Below are positions 1 to 14,199 of a stretch of 64,000 nt of DNA, one piece after another. The stretch covers positions 62,001 to 126,000 of the forward strand of contig JBHGNT010000055.1 in the NCBI GenBank assembly GCA_043228905.1. Reading direction: 5' to 3'. The notes under the pieces were generated by a model, which saw only the letters and a list, made by a program, of their open reading frames with translations, did no database searches and was not told the origin of the DNA. A program made the translations under genes and the position numbers. Position 1 is the first letter of the stretch; the number at the start of each line of letters is the position of its first letter. Source of the DNA: Azolla caroliniana (taxonomy: Eukaryota > Plantae > Polypodiophyta).

Positions 1-3000
1 CTTCATATCTCTCGACCTGAGTTTCAAAATCTTGATTTTTTAGTTCCATATAATAGCTAGCGTTGTTAGATTCGATACGAATGTTTGAACACAAACATCC
101 GATATCACACGAGCTAGGTATGAACATTTTAATTTACTCCAGAGCTCCTCTCAACTCCCTCCTCAGGTTTGGTAATATCTTCATATCTCTCGACCTGAGT
201 TTCAAAATCTTGATTTTTTAATACCATATAATAGCTAGCGTTGTTAGCTTCGATACGTATCTTTGAACACAAAAATCCGATATCACACGAGCCAGGTATG
301 AACATTTTAATTTACTCAAGGGCTCCTCCCAACTCCCTCCTCAAATTTGGTAATTTCTTCATATCTCTCGACCTGAGTTTCAAAATCTTGATTTTTTAGT
401 TCCATATAATAGCTAGCGTTGTTTGCTTCGATTCGCATGTTTGAACACACAAATCCGATATCACACGAGCCAGGTATGAACATTTTAATTTACTCAAGGG
501 CTCCTCTCAACTCCCTCCTCAAATTTGGTAATTTCGTCATGTCTCTCGACCTGAGTTTCAAAATCTTGATTTTTTAGGTCCATATAATAGCTAGCGTTGT
601 TAGCTTCGATACGTATGTTTGAACACACAAATCCGATATCACACGAGCCAGGTATGAACATTTTAATTTACTCAAGGGCTCCTCTCAACTCCCTCCTCAA
701 ATTTGGTAATTTCTTCATATCTCTCGACCTGAGTTTCAAAATCTTGATTATTTAGTTCCATATAATAGCTAGCGTTGTTAGCTTCGATACGAATGTTTGA
801 ACACACAAATCCGATATCACACGAGCCAGGTATGAACATTTTAATTTACTCAAGGGCTCCTCTCAACTCCCTCCTCAAGATTGCTAATTTCTTCATATCT
901 CTCGACCTGAGTTTCAAAATCTTGGTTTTTTAATACCATATAATAGCTAGCGTTGTTAGCTTCGATTCGCAGGTTTGAACACACAAATCCGATATCACAC
1001 GAGCCAGGTATGAACATTTTAATGTACTCAAGGGCTCCTCTCAACTCCCTCCTCAAATTTGGTAATTTCGTCATGTCTCTCGACCTGAGTTTCAAAATCT
1101 TGATTTTTTAGTTCCATATAATAGCTAGCGTTGTTAGCTTCGATACGTATCTTTGAACACAAAAATCCGATATCACACGAGCCAGGTATGAACATTTTAA
1201 TTTACTCAAGGGCTCCTCTCAACTCGCTCCTCAAATTTGGTAATTTCTTCACATCTCTCGACCTGAGTTTCAAAATCTTGATTATTTAGTTCCATATCAT
1301 AGCTAGCGTTGTTAGCTTCGATTCGCATGTTTGAACACACAAATCCGATATCACACGAGCCAGGTATGAACATTTTAATTTACTCAAGGGCTCCTCTCAA
1401 CTCCCTCCTCAAATTTGGTAATTTCTTCATTTCTCTCGACCTGAGTTTCAAAATCTTGATTATTTAGTTCCATATAATAGCTAGCGTTGTTAGCTTCGAT
1501 ACGAATGTTTGAACACACAAATCCGATATCACACGACCCAGGTATAAACATTTTAATTTACTCAAGGGCTCCTCTCAACTCCCTCCTCAGGTTTGCTAAT
1601 TTCTTCATATCTCTCGACCTGAGTTTCAAAATCTTGATTATTTAGTTCTATATCATAGCTAGCGTTGTTAGCTTCGATACGAATGTTTGAACACACAAAT
1701 CCGATATCACACGAGCCAGGTATGAACATTTTAATTTACTCAAGGGCTCCTCTCAACTCCCTCCTCAAGATTGCTAATTTCTTCATATCTCTCGACCTGA
1801 GTTTCAAAATCTTGATTTTTTAATACCATATAATAGCTAGCGTTGTTAGATTCGATACGAATGTTTGAACACAAACATCCGATATCACACGAGCTAGGTA
1901 TGAACATTTTAATTTACTCCAGAGCTCCTCTCAACTCCCTCCTCAAGATTGCTAATTTCTTCATATCTCTCGACCTGAGTTTCAAAATCTTGATTATTTA
2001 GTTCTATATCATAGCTAGCGTTGTTAGCTTCGATACGAATGTTTGAACACACAAATCCGATATCACACGACCCAGGTATGAACATTCTAATTTACTCAAG
2101 GGCTCCTCTCAACTCCCTCCTCAAGATTGCTAATTTCTTCATATCTCTCGACCTGAGTTTCAAAATCTTGATTTTTTAATACCATATAATAGCTAGCGTT
2201 GTTAGCTTCGATTCGCAGGTTTGAACACACAAATCCGATATCACACGAGCCAGGTATGAACATTTTAATGTACTGAAGGGCTCCTCCCAACTCCCACCTC
2301 AAATTTGGTAATTTCGTCATGTCTCTCGACCTGAGTTTCAAAATCTTGATTTTTTCGTTCCATATAATAGCTAGCGTTGTTAGCTTCGATACGTATCTTT
2401 GAACACAAAAATCCGATATCACACGAGCCAGGTATGAACATTTTAATTTACTCAAGGGCTCCTCTCAACTCCCTCCTCAAGATTGCTAATTTCTTCATAT
2501 CTCTCGACCTGAGTTTCAAAATCTTGATTTTTTAGTTCCATATAATAGCTAGCGTTGTTAGATTCGATACGAATGTTTGAACACAAACATCCGATATCAC
2601 ACGAGCTAGGTATGAACATTTTAATTTACTCCAGAGCTCCTCTCAACTCCCTCCTCAGGTTTGGTAATATCTTCATATCTCTCGACCTGAGTTTCAAAAT
2701 CTTGATTTTTTAATACCATATAATAGCTAGCGTTGTTAGCTTCGATACGTATCTTTGAACACAAAAATCCGATATCACACGAGCCAGGTATGAACATTTT
2801 AATTTACTCAAGGGCTCCTCCCAACTCCCTCCTCAAATTTGGTAATTTCTTCATATCTCTCGACCTGAGTTTCAAAATCTTGATTTTTTAGTTCCATATA
2901 ATAGCTAGCGTTGTTTGCTTCGATTCGCATGTTTGAACACACAAATCCGATATCACACGAGCCAGGTATGAACATTTTAATTTACTCAAGGGCTCCTCTC

Positions 3001-4616
3001 AACTCCCTCCTCAAATTTGGTAATTTCGTCATGTCTCTCGACCTGAGTTTCAAAATCTTGATTTTTTAGGTCCATATAATAGCTAGCGTTGTTAGCTTCG
3101 ATACGTATGTTTGAACACACAAATCCGATATCACACGAGCCAGGTATGAACATTTTAATTTACTCAAGGGCTCCTCTCAACTCCCTCCTCAAATTTGGTA
3201 ATTTCTTCATATCTCTCGACCTGAGTTTCAAAATCTTGATTATTTAGTTCCATATAATAGCTAGCGTTGTTAGCTTCGATACGAATGTTTGAACACACAA
3301 ATCCGATATCACACGAGCCAGGTATGAACATTTTAATTTACTCAAGGGCTCCTCTCAACTCCCTCCTCAAGATTGCTAATTTCTTCATATCTCTCGACCT
3401 GAGTTTCAAAATCTTGGTTTTTTAATACCATATAATAGCTAGCGTTGTTAGCTTCGATTCGCAGGTTTGAACACACAAATCCGATATCACACGAGCCAGG
3501 TATGAACATTTTAATGTACTCAAGGGCTCCTCTCAACTCCCTCCTCAAATTTGGTAATTTCGTCATGTCTCTCGACCTGAGTTTCAAAATCTTGATTTTT
3601 TAGTTCCATATAATAGCTAGCGTTGTTAGCTTCGATACGTATCTTTGAACACAAAAATCCGATATCACACGAGCCAGGTATGAACATTTTAATTTACTCA
3701 AGGGCTCCTCTCAACTCGCTCCTCAAATTTGGTAATTTCTTCACATCTCTCGACCTGAGTTTCAAAATCTTGATTATTTAGTTCCATATCATAGCTAGCG
3801 TTGTTAGCTTCGATTCGCATGTTTGAACACACAAATCCGATATCACACGAGCCAGGTATGAACATTTTAATTTACTCAAGGGCTCCTCTCAACTCCCTCC
3901 TCAAATTTGGTAATTTCTTCATTTCTCTCGACCTGAGTTTCAAAATCTTGATTATTTAGTTCCATATAATAGCTAGCGTTGTTAGCTTCGATACGAATGT
4001 TTGAACACACAAATCCGATATCACACGACCCAGGTATAAACATTTTAATTTACTCAAGGGCTCCTCTCAACTCCCTCCTCAGGTTTGCTAATTTCTTCAT
4101 ATCTCTCGACCTGAGTTTCAAAATCTTGATTATTTAGTTCTATATCATAGCTAGCGTTGTTAGCTTCGATACGAATGTTTGAACACACAAATCCGATATC
4201 ACACGAGCCAGGTATGAACATTTTAATTTACTCAAGGGCTCCTCTCAACTCCCTCCTCAAGATTGCTAATTTCTTCATATCTCTCGACCTGAGTTTCAAA
4301 ATCTTGATTTTTTAATACCATATAATAGCTAGCGTTGTTAGATTCGATACGAATGTTTGAACACAAACATCCGATATCACACGAGCTAGGTATGAACATT
4401 TTAATTTACTCCAGAGCTCCTCTCAACTCCCTCCTCAAGATTGCTAATTTCTTCATATCTCTCGACCTGAGTTTCAAAATCTTGATTATTTAGTTCTATA
4501 TCATAGCTAGCGTTGTTAGCTTCGATACGAATGTTTGAACACACAAATCCGATATCACACGACCCAGGTATGAACATTCTAATTTACTCAAGGGCTCCTC
4601 TCAACTCCCTCCTCAA
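1..4616 (+). repeat. 14-monomer higher-order duplication (2492-bp period)
   Basis: 1-2124 is repeated at 2493-4616 with the same private variants (acaaacatcc/gagctagg/ccagagctcc; gcaggttt/aatgtact). Identical ORF hits lie at 850 and 3342. A third partial copy spans ~5950-7370 (ORF at 6188). Confidence 0.9.
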
Positions 4617-7600
4617 ATTTGGTAATTTCGTCATGTCTCTCGACCTGAGTTTCAAAATCTTGATTTTTTAGTTCCATATAATAGCTAGCGTTGTTAGCTT
4701 CGATACGAATGTTTGAACACAAAAATCCGATATCACACGCGCCAGGTATGAACATTTTAATTTACTCAAGGGCTCCTCTCAACTCCCTCCTCAAATTTGG
4801 TAATTTCGTCATGTCTCTCGACCTGAGTTTCAAAATCTTGATTTTTTAGTTCCATATAATAGCTAGCGTTGTTAGCTTCGATACGAATGTTTGAACACAA
4901 AAATCCGATATCACACGACCCAGGTATGAACATTTTAATTTACTCAAGGGCTCCTCTCAACTCCCTCCTCAAATTTGGTAATTTCGTCATGTCTCTCGAC
5001 CTTAGTTTCAAAATCTTGATTATTTAGTTCCATATAATAGCTAGCGTTGTTAGCTTCGATACGAATGTTTGAACACACAAATCCGATATCACACGACCCA
5101 GGTATGAACATTCTAATTTACTCAAGGGCTCCTCTCAACTCCCTCCTCAAGTTTGCTAATTTCTTCATATCTCTCGACCTGAGTTTTAAAATCTTGATTA
5201 TTTAGTTCCATAAAATACTAGAGTTGTTAGCTTCGATACAAATGTTTGAACACAAAAATCCGATATCACACAGGCCAGGTATGAACATTTTAATTTACTC
5301 AAGGGCTCCTCTCAACTCACTCCTCAAGATTGCTAAGTTCTTCATATTTCTCGACCTTAGTTTCAAAATCTTTATTTTTTTGTTCCATAGAATAGCTAGC
5401 ATTGTTAGCTTGATTCGCATGTTTGAACACAAAAATCCGATATCACACGAGCCAGGTATGAACATTTTAATTTACTCAAGGGCTCCTCTCAATGCCCTCC
5501 TCAAATTTGGTAATTTCTTCAAATCTCTAGACCTGAATTTCAAAATCTTGATTTTTTAGTCCCATATAATAGCTAGCGTTGTTAGCTTCGATTCGCATGT
5601 TTGAACACAAAAATCCGATATCACACGAGCCAGGTATGAACATTTTAATTTACTCAAGGGCTCCTCTCAACTCCCTCCTCAAGATTGCTAATTTCTTCAT
5701 ATTTCTCGACCTGAGTTTCAAAATCTTTATTTTGTAGTTCCATATAATAGCTAGCGTTGTTAGCTTCGATTCGCATGTTTGAACACAAAAATCCGATATC
5801 ACACGCGCCAGGTATGAACATTTTAATTTACTCAAGGGCTCCTCTCAACTCCCTCCTCAAATTTGGTAATTTCGTCATGTCTCTCGACCTGAGTTTCAAA
5901 ATCTTGATTTTTTAGTTCCATATAATAGCTAGCGTTGTTAGCTTCGATACGAATGTTTGAACACACAAATCCGATATCACACGAGCCAGGTATGAACATT
6001 TTAATTTACTCAAGGGCTCCTCTCAACTCCCTCCTCAAATTTGGTAATTTCTTCATATCTCTCGACCTGAGTTTCAAAATCTTGATTATTTAGTTCCATA
6101 TAATAGCTAGCGTTGTTAGCTTCGATACGAATGTTTGAACACACAAATCCGATATCACACGAGCCAGGTATGAACATTTTAATTTACTCAAGGGCTCCTC
6201 TCAACTCCCTCCTCAAGATTGCTAATTTCTTCATATCTCTCGACCTGAGTTTCAAAATCTTGGTTTTTTAATACCATATAATAGCTAGCGTTGTTAGCTT
6301 CGATTCGCAGGTTTGAACACACAAATCCGATATCACACGAGCCAGGTATGAACATTTTAATGTACTCAAGGGCTCCTCTCAACTCCCTCCTCAAATTTGG
6401 TAATTTCGTCATGTCTCTCGACCTGAGTTTCAAAATCTTGATTTTTTAGTTCCATATAATAGCTAGCGTTGTTAGCTTCGATACGTATCTTTGAACACAA
6501 AAATCCGATATCACACGAGCCAGGTATGAACATTTTAATTTACTCAAGGGCTCCTCTCAACTCGCTCCTCAAATTTGGTAATTTCTTCACATCTCTCGAC
6601 CTGAGTTTCAAAATCTTGATTATTTAGTTCCATATCATAGCTAGCGTTGTTAGCTTCGATTCGCATGTTTGAACACACAAATCCGATATCACACGAGCCA
6701 GGTATGAACATTTTAATTTACTCAAGGGCTCCTCTCAACTCCCTCCTCAAATTTGGTAATTTCTTCATTTCTCTCGACCTGAGTTTCAAAATCTTGATTA
6801 TTTAGTTCCATATAATAGCTAGCGTTGTTAGCTTCGATACGAATGTTTCAACACACAAATCCGATATCACACGACCCAGGTATAAACATTTTAATTTACT
6901 CAAGGGCTCCTCTCAACTCCCTCCTCAGGTTTGCTAATTTCTTCATATCTCTCGACCTGAGTTTCAAAATCTTGATTATTTAGTTCTATATCATAGCTAG
7001 CGTTGTTAGCTTCGATACGAATGTTTGAACACACAAATCCGATATCACACGAGCCAGGTATGAACATTTTAATTTACTCAAGGGCTCCTCTCAACTCCCT
7101 CCTCAAGATTGCTAATTTCTTCATATCTCTCGACCTGAGTTTCAAAATCTTGATTTTTTAATACCATATAATAGCTAGCGTTGTTAGATTCGATACGAAT
7201 GTTTGAACACAAACATCCGATATCACACGAGCTAGGTATGAACATTTTAATTTACTCCAGAGCTCCTCTCAACTCCCTCCTCAAGATTGCTAATTTCTTC
7301 ATATCTCTCGACCTGAGTTTCAAAATCTTGATTATTTAGTTCTATATCATAGCTAGCGTTGTTAGCTTCGATACCAATGTTTGAACACAAAAATCCGATA
7401 TCACACGACCCAGGTATGAACATTTTAATTTACTCAAGGGGTCCTCTCAACTCCCTCCTCAAATTTGGTAATTTCGTCATGTCTCTCGACCTTAGTTTCA
7501 AAATCTTGATTATTTAGTTCCATATAATAGCTAGCGTTGTTAGCTTCGATACGAATGTTTGAACACACAAATCCGATATCACACGACCCAGGTATCAACA

Positions 7601-9929
7601 TTTTAATTTACTCAAGGGCTCCTCTCAACTCCCTCCTCAAGTTTGCTAATTTCTTCATATCTCTCGACCTGAGTTGTAAAATCTTGATTATTTAGTTCCA
7701 TATAATAGCTAGAGTTGTTAGCTTCGATACAAATGTTTGAACACAAAAATCCGATATCACACGAGCCAGGTCTGAACATTTTAATTTACCGACTAGGTCT
7801 TCTCAACTCACTCCTCAAATTTGGTAATTTCGTCATGTCTCTCGACCTGAGTTTCAAAATCTTTATTTTTTAGTTCCATAGAATAGCTAGCCTTGTTAGC
7901 TTGATTCGCATGTTTGAACACAAAAATCCGATATCACACGAGCCAGGTATGAACATTTTAATTTACTCAAGGGGTCCTCTCAACTCCCTCCTCAAATTTG
8001 GTAATTTCGTCATGTCTCTCGACCTGAGTTTCAAAATCATGATTTTTTAATTCCATATAATAGCTAGCGTTGTTAGCTTCGATTCGCATGTTTGAACACA
8101 AAAATCCGAAATCACACGAGCCAGGTATGAACATTTTAATTTACTCAAGGGCTCCTCTCAATGCCCTCCTCAAATTTGGTAATTTCTTCAAATCTCTAGA
8201 CCTGAATTTCAAAATCTTGATTTTTTAGTCCCATATAATAGCTAGCGTTGTTAGCTTCGATTCGCATGTTTGAACAAAAAAATCCGATATCACACTCGCC
8301 AGGTATGAACATTTTAATTTACTCAAGGGCTCCTCTCAACTCCCTCCTCAAATTTGGTAATTTCGTCATGTCTCTCGACCTGAGTTTCAAAATCTTGATT
8401 TTTTAGTTCCATATAATAGCTAGCGTTGTTAGCTTCGATACGAATGTTTGAACACAAAAATCCGATATCACACGACCCAGGTATAAACATTTTAATTTAC
8501 TCAAGGGCTCCTCTCAACTCCCTCCTCAAATTTGTTAATTTCGTCATGTCTCTCGACCTTAGTTTCAAAATCTTGATTATTTAGTTCCATATAATAGCTA
8601 GCGTTGTTAGCTTCGATACGAATGTTTGAACACACAAATCCGATATCACACGACCCAGGTATAAACATTTTAATTTACTCAAGGGCTCCTCTCAACTCCC
8701 TCCTCAAGTTTGCTAATTTCTTCATATCTCTCGACCTGAGTTTTATAATCTTGATTATTTAGTTCCATATAATAGCTAGAGTTGTTAGCTTCGATACAAA
8801 TGTTTGAACACAAAAATCCGATATCACACGAGCCAGGTATGAACATTTTAATTTACTCAAGGGCTCCTCTCAACTCCCTCCTCAAATTTGGTAATTTCGT
8901 CATGTCTCTCGACCTGAGTTTCAAAATCTTTATTTTTTAGTTCCATAGAATAGCTAGCATTGTTAGCTTGATTCGCATGTTTCAACACAAAAATCCGATA
9001 TCACACGAGCCAGGTATGAACATTTTAATTTACTCAAGGGCTCCTCTCAACTCCCTCCTCAAATTTGGTAATTTCGTCATGTCTCTCGACCTGAGTTTCA
9101 AAATCATGATTTTTTAATACCATATCATAGCTAGCGTTGTTAGCTTCGATTCGCATGTTTGAACACAAAAATCCGATATCACACGAGCCAGGTATGAACA
9201 TTTTAATTAACTCAAGGGCTCCTCTCAATGCCCTCCTCAAATTTGGTAATTTCTTCAAATCTCTAGACCTCAATTTCAAAATCTTGATTATTTAGTCCCA
9301 TATAATAGCTAGCGTTGTTAGCTTCGATTCGCATGTTTGAACACAAAAATCCGATATCACACGCGCCAGGTATAAACATTTTAATTTACTCAAGGGCTCC
9401 TCTCAACTCCCTCCTCAAATTTGGTAATTTCGTCATGTCTCTCGACCTGAGTTTCAAAATCTTAATTTTTTAGTTCCATATAATAGCTAGCGTTGTTAGC
9501 TTCGATACGAATGTTTGAACACAAAAATCCGATATCACACGCGCCAGGTATGAACATTTTAATTTACTCAAGGGCTCCTCTCAACTCCCTCCTCAAATTT
9601 GGTAATTTCGTCATGTCTCTCGACCTGAGTTTCAAAATCTTGATTTTTTAGTTCCATATAATAGCTAGCGTTGTTAGCTTCGATACGAATGTTTGAACAC
9701 AAAAATCCGATATCACACGACCCAGGTATGAACATTTTAATTTACTCAAGGGCTCCTCTCAACTCCCTCCTCAAATTTGGTAATTTCGTCATGTCTCTCG
9801 ACCTTAGTTTCAAAATCTTGATTATTTAATTCCATATAATAGCTAGCGTTGTTAGCTTCGATACGAATGTTTGAACACACAAATCCGATATCACACGACC
9901 CAGGTATAAACTTTTTAATTTACTCAAGG

Positions 9930-12850
9930 GCTCCTCTCAACTCCCTCCTCAAGTTTGCTAATTTCTTCATATCTCTCGACCTGAGTTTTAAAATCTTGAT
10001 TATTTAGTTCCATATAATAGCTAGAGTTGTTAGCTTCGATACAAATGTTTGAACACAAAAATCCGATATCACACGAGCCAGGTATGAACATTTTAATTTA
10101 CTCAAGGGCTCCTCTCAATGCCCTCCTCAAATTTGGTAATTTCTTCAAATCTCAAGACCTGAATTTCAAAATCTTGATTTTTTAGTCCCATATAATAGCT
10201 AGCGTTGTTAGCTTCGATTCGCATGTTTGAACACAAAAATCCGATATCACACGCGCCAGGTATGAACATTTTAATTTACTCAAGGGCTCCTCTCAACTCC
10301 CTCCTCAAATTTGGTAATTTCGTCATGTCTCTCGACCTGAGTTTCAAAATCTTGATTTTTTAGTTCCATATAATAGCTAGCGTTGTTAGCTTCGATACGA
10401 ATGTTTGAACACAAAAATCCGATATCACACGCGCCAGGTATGAACATTTTAATTTACTCAAGGGGTCCTCTCAACTCCCTCCTCAAATTTGGTAATTTCG
10501 TCATGTCTCTCGACCTGAGTTTCAAAATCTTGATTTTTTAGTTCCATATAATAGCTAGCGTTGTTAGCTTCGATACGAATGTTTGAACACAAAAATCCGA
10601 TATCACACGACCCAGGTATGAACATTTTAATTTACTCAAGGGCTCCTCTCAACTCCCTCCTCAAATTTGGTAATTTCGTCATGTCTCTCGACCTGAGTTT
10701 CAAAATCTTGATTATTTAGTTCCATATAATAGCTAGCGTTGTTAGCTTCGATACGAATGTTTGAACACACAAATCCCATATCACACGAGCCAGGTATGAA
10801 CATTTTAATTTACTCAAGGGGTCCTCTCAACTCCCTCCTCAAATTTGGTAATTTCGTCATATCTCTCGACCTGAATTTCAAAATCATGATTTTTTAATTT
10901 CATATCATAGCTAGCGTTGTTAGCTTCGATTCGCATGTTTGAACACAAAAATCCAATATCACACGAGCCAGGTATGAACATTTTAATTTACTCAAGGGCT
11001 CCTCTCAATGCCCTCCTCCAATTTGGTAATTTCTTCAAATCGCTAGACCTGAATTTCAAAATCTTGATTTTTTAGTCCCATATAATAGCTAGCGTTGTTA
11101 GCTTCGATTCGCATGTTTGAACACAAAAATCCGATATCACACGCGCCAGGTATGAACATTTTAATTTACTCAAGGGCTCCTCTCAACTCCCTCCTCAAAT
11201 TTGGTAATTTCGTCATGTCTCTCGACCTTAGTTTCAAAATCTTGATTTTTTAGTTCCATATAATAGCTAGCGTTGTTAGCTTCGATACGAATGTTTGAAC
11301 ACACAAATCCGATATCACACGACCCAGGTATAAACATTTTAATTTACTCAAGGGCTCCTCTCAACTCCCTCCTCAAATTTGGTAATTTCGTCATGTCTCT
11401 CGACCTGAGTTTCAAAATCTTGATTATTTAATTCCATATAATAGCTAGAGTTGTTAGCTTCGATACGAATGTTTGAACACAAAAATCCGATATCACACGA
11501 GCCAGGTATGAACATTTTAATTTACTCAAGGGCTCCTCTCAACTCCCTCCTCAAGTTTGCTAATTTCTTCATATCTCTCGACCTGAGTTTTAAAATCTTG
11601 ATTATTTAGTTCCATATAATAGCTAGAGTTGTTAGCTTCGATACAAATGTTTGAACACAAAAATCCGATATCACACGAGCCAGGTATGAACATTTTAATT
11701 TACTCAAGGGCTCCTCTCAATGCCCTCCTCAAATTTGGTAATTTCTTCAAATCTCAAGACCTGAATTTCAAAATCTTGATTTTTTAGTCCCATATAATAG
11801 CTAGCGTTGTTAGCTTCGATTCGCATGTTTGAACACAAAAATCCGATATCACACGCGCCAGGTATGAACATTTTAATTTACTCAAGGGCTCCTCTCAACT
11901 CCCTCCTCAAATTTGGTAATTTCGTCATGTCTCTCGACCTGAGTTTCAAAATCTTGATTTTTTAGTTCCATATAATAGCTAGCGTTGTTAGCTTCGATAC
12001 GAATGTTTGAACACAAAAATCCGATATCACACGCGCCAGGTATGAACATTTTAATTTACTCAAGGGGTCCTCTCAACTCCCTCCTCAAATTTGGTAATTT
12101 CGTCATGTCTCTCGACCTGAGTTTCAAAATCTTGATTTTTTAGTTCCATATAATAGCTAGCGTTGTTAGCTTCGATACGAATGTTTGAACACAAAAATCC
12201 GATATCACACGACCCAGGTATGAACATTTTAATTTACTCAAGGGCTCCTCTCAACTCCCTCCTCAAATTTGGTAATTTCGTCATGTCTCTCGACCTGAGT
12301 TTCAAAATCTTGATTATTTAGTTCCATATAATAGCTAGCGTTGTTAGCTTCGATACGAATGTTTGAACACACAAATCCCATATCACACGAGCCAGGTATG
12401 AACATTTTAATTTACTCAAGGGGTCCTCTCAACTCCCTCCTCAAATTTGGTAATTTCCTCATGTCTCTCGACCTGAATTTCAAAATCATGATTTTTTAAT
12501 TTCATATCATAGCTAGCGTTGTTAGCTTCGATTCGCATGTTTGAACACAAAAATCCAATATCACACGAGCCAGGTATGAACATTTTAATTTACTCAAGGG
12601 CTCCTCTCAATGCCCTCCTCCAATTTGGTAATTTCTTCAAATCGCTAGACCTGAATTTCAAAATCTTGATTTTTTAGTCCCATATAATAGCTAGCGTTGT
12701 TAGCTTCGATTCGCATGTTTGAACACAAAAATCCGATATCACACGCGCCAGGTATGAACATTTTAATTTACTCAAGGGCTCCTCTCAACTCCCTCCTCAA
12801 ATTTGGTAATTTCGTCATGTCTCTCGACCTTAGTTTCAAAATCTTGATTA
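9930..12850 (+). repeat. 9-monomer higher-order duplication (1602-bp period)
   Basis: Marker aaatcccata occurs at 10771 and 12373, and aaatctcaag, aatccaatatc and aatcgctagac repeat at the same spacing. A further partial copy lies 1423 bp on (13796). Confidence 0.85.
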
Positions 12851-14199
12851 TTTAGTTCCATATAATAGCTAGCGTTGTTAGGTTCGATACGAATGTTTGA
12901 ACACACAAATCCGATATCACACGACCCAGGTATAAACATTTTAATTTACTCAAGGGCTCCTCTCAACTCCCTCCTCAAGTTTGCTAATTTCTTCATATCT
13001 CTCGACCTGAGTTTTAAAATCTTGATTATTTAGTTCCATATAATAGCTAGAGTTGTTAGCTTCGATACAAATGTTTGAACACAAAAATCCGATATCACAC
13101 GAGCCAGGTATGAACATTTTAATTTACTCAAGGGCTCCTATCAACTCACTTCTCAAGATTGTTAATTTCTTCATATTTCTCGACCTGAGTTTCAAAATCT
13201 TTATTTTTTAGTTCCATAGAATAGCTAGCATTGTTAGCTTGATTCGCATGTTTGAACACAAAAATCCGATATCACACGAGCCAGGTATGAACATTTTAAT
13301 TTACTCAAGGGGTCCTCTCAACTCCCTCCTCAAATTTGGTAATTTCGTCATGTCTCTCGACCTGAGTTTCAAAATCATGATTTTTTAATTTCATATCATA
13401 GCTAGCGTTGTTAGCTTCGATTCGCATGTTTGAACACAAAAATCCGATATCACACGACCCAGGTATGAACATTTTAATTTACTCAAGGGCTCCTCTCAAC
13501 TCCCTCCTCAAATTTGGTAATTTCGTCATGTCTCTCGACCTGAGTTTCAAAATCTTGATTTTTTAGTTCCATATAATAGCTAGCGTTGTTAGCTTCGATA
13601 CGAATGTTTGAACACAAAAATCCGATATCACACGAGCCAGGTATGAACATTTTAATTTACTCAAGGGCTCCTCTCAACTCCCTCCTCAAATTTGGTAATT
13701 TCGTCATGTCTCTCGACCTGAGTTTCAAAATCTTGATTATTTAGTTCCATATAATAGCTAGCGTTGTTAGCTTCGATACGAATGTTTGAACACACAAATC
13801 CCATATCACACGAGCCAGGTATGAACATTTTAATTTACTCAAGGGGTCCTCTCAACTCCCTCCTCAAATTTGGTAATTTCGTCATGTCTCTCGACCTGAA
13901 TTTCAAAATCATGATTTTTTAATTTCATATCATAGCTAGCGTTGTTAGCTTCGATTCGCATGTTTGAACACAAAAATCCAATATCACACGAGCCAGGTAT
14001 GAACATTTTAATTTACTCAAGGGCTCCTCTCAATGCCCTCCTCCAATTTGGTAATTTCTTCAAATCGCTAGACCTGAATTTCAAAATCTTGATTTTTTAG
14101 TCCCATATAATAGCTAGCGTTGTTAGCTTCGATTCGCATGTTTGAACACAAAAATCCGATATCACACGCGCCAGGTATGAACATTTTAATTTACTCAAG

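Noticed and set aside
1-178. Identity with Arabidopsis CEN178, or a 5S rDNA/tRNA tandem unit
   Set aside because: Only the length matches CEN178. I see none of its sequence (no HindIII aagctt unit) and no 5S or tRNA structure.
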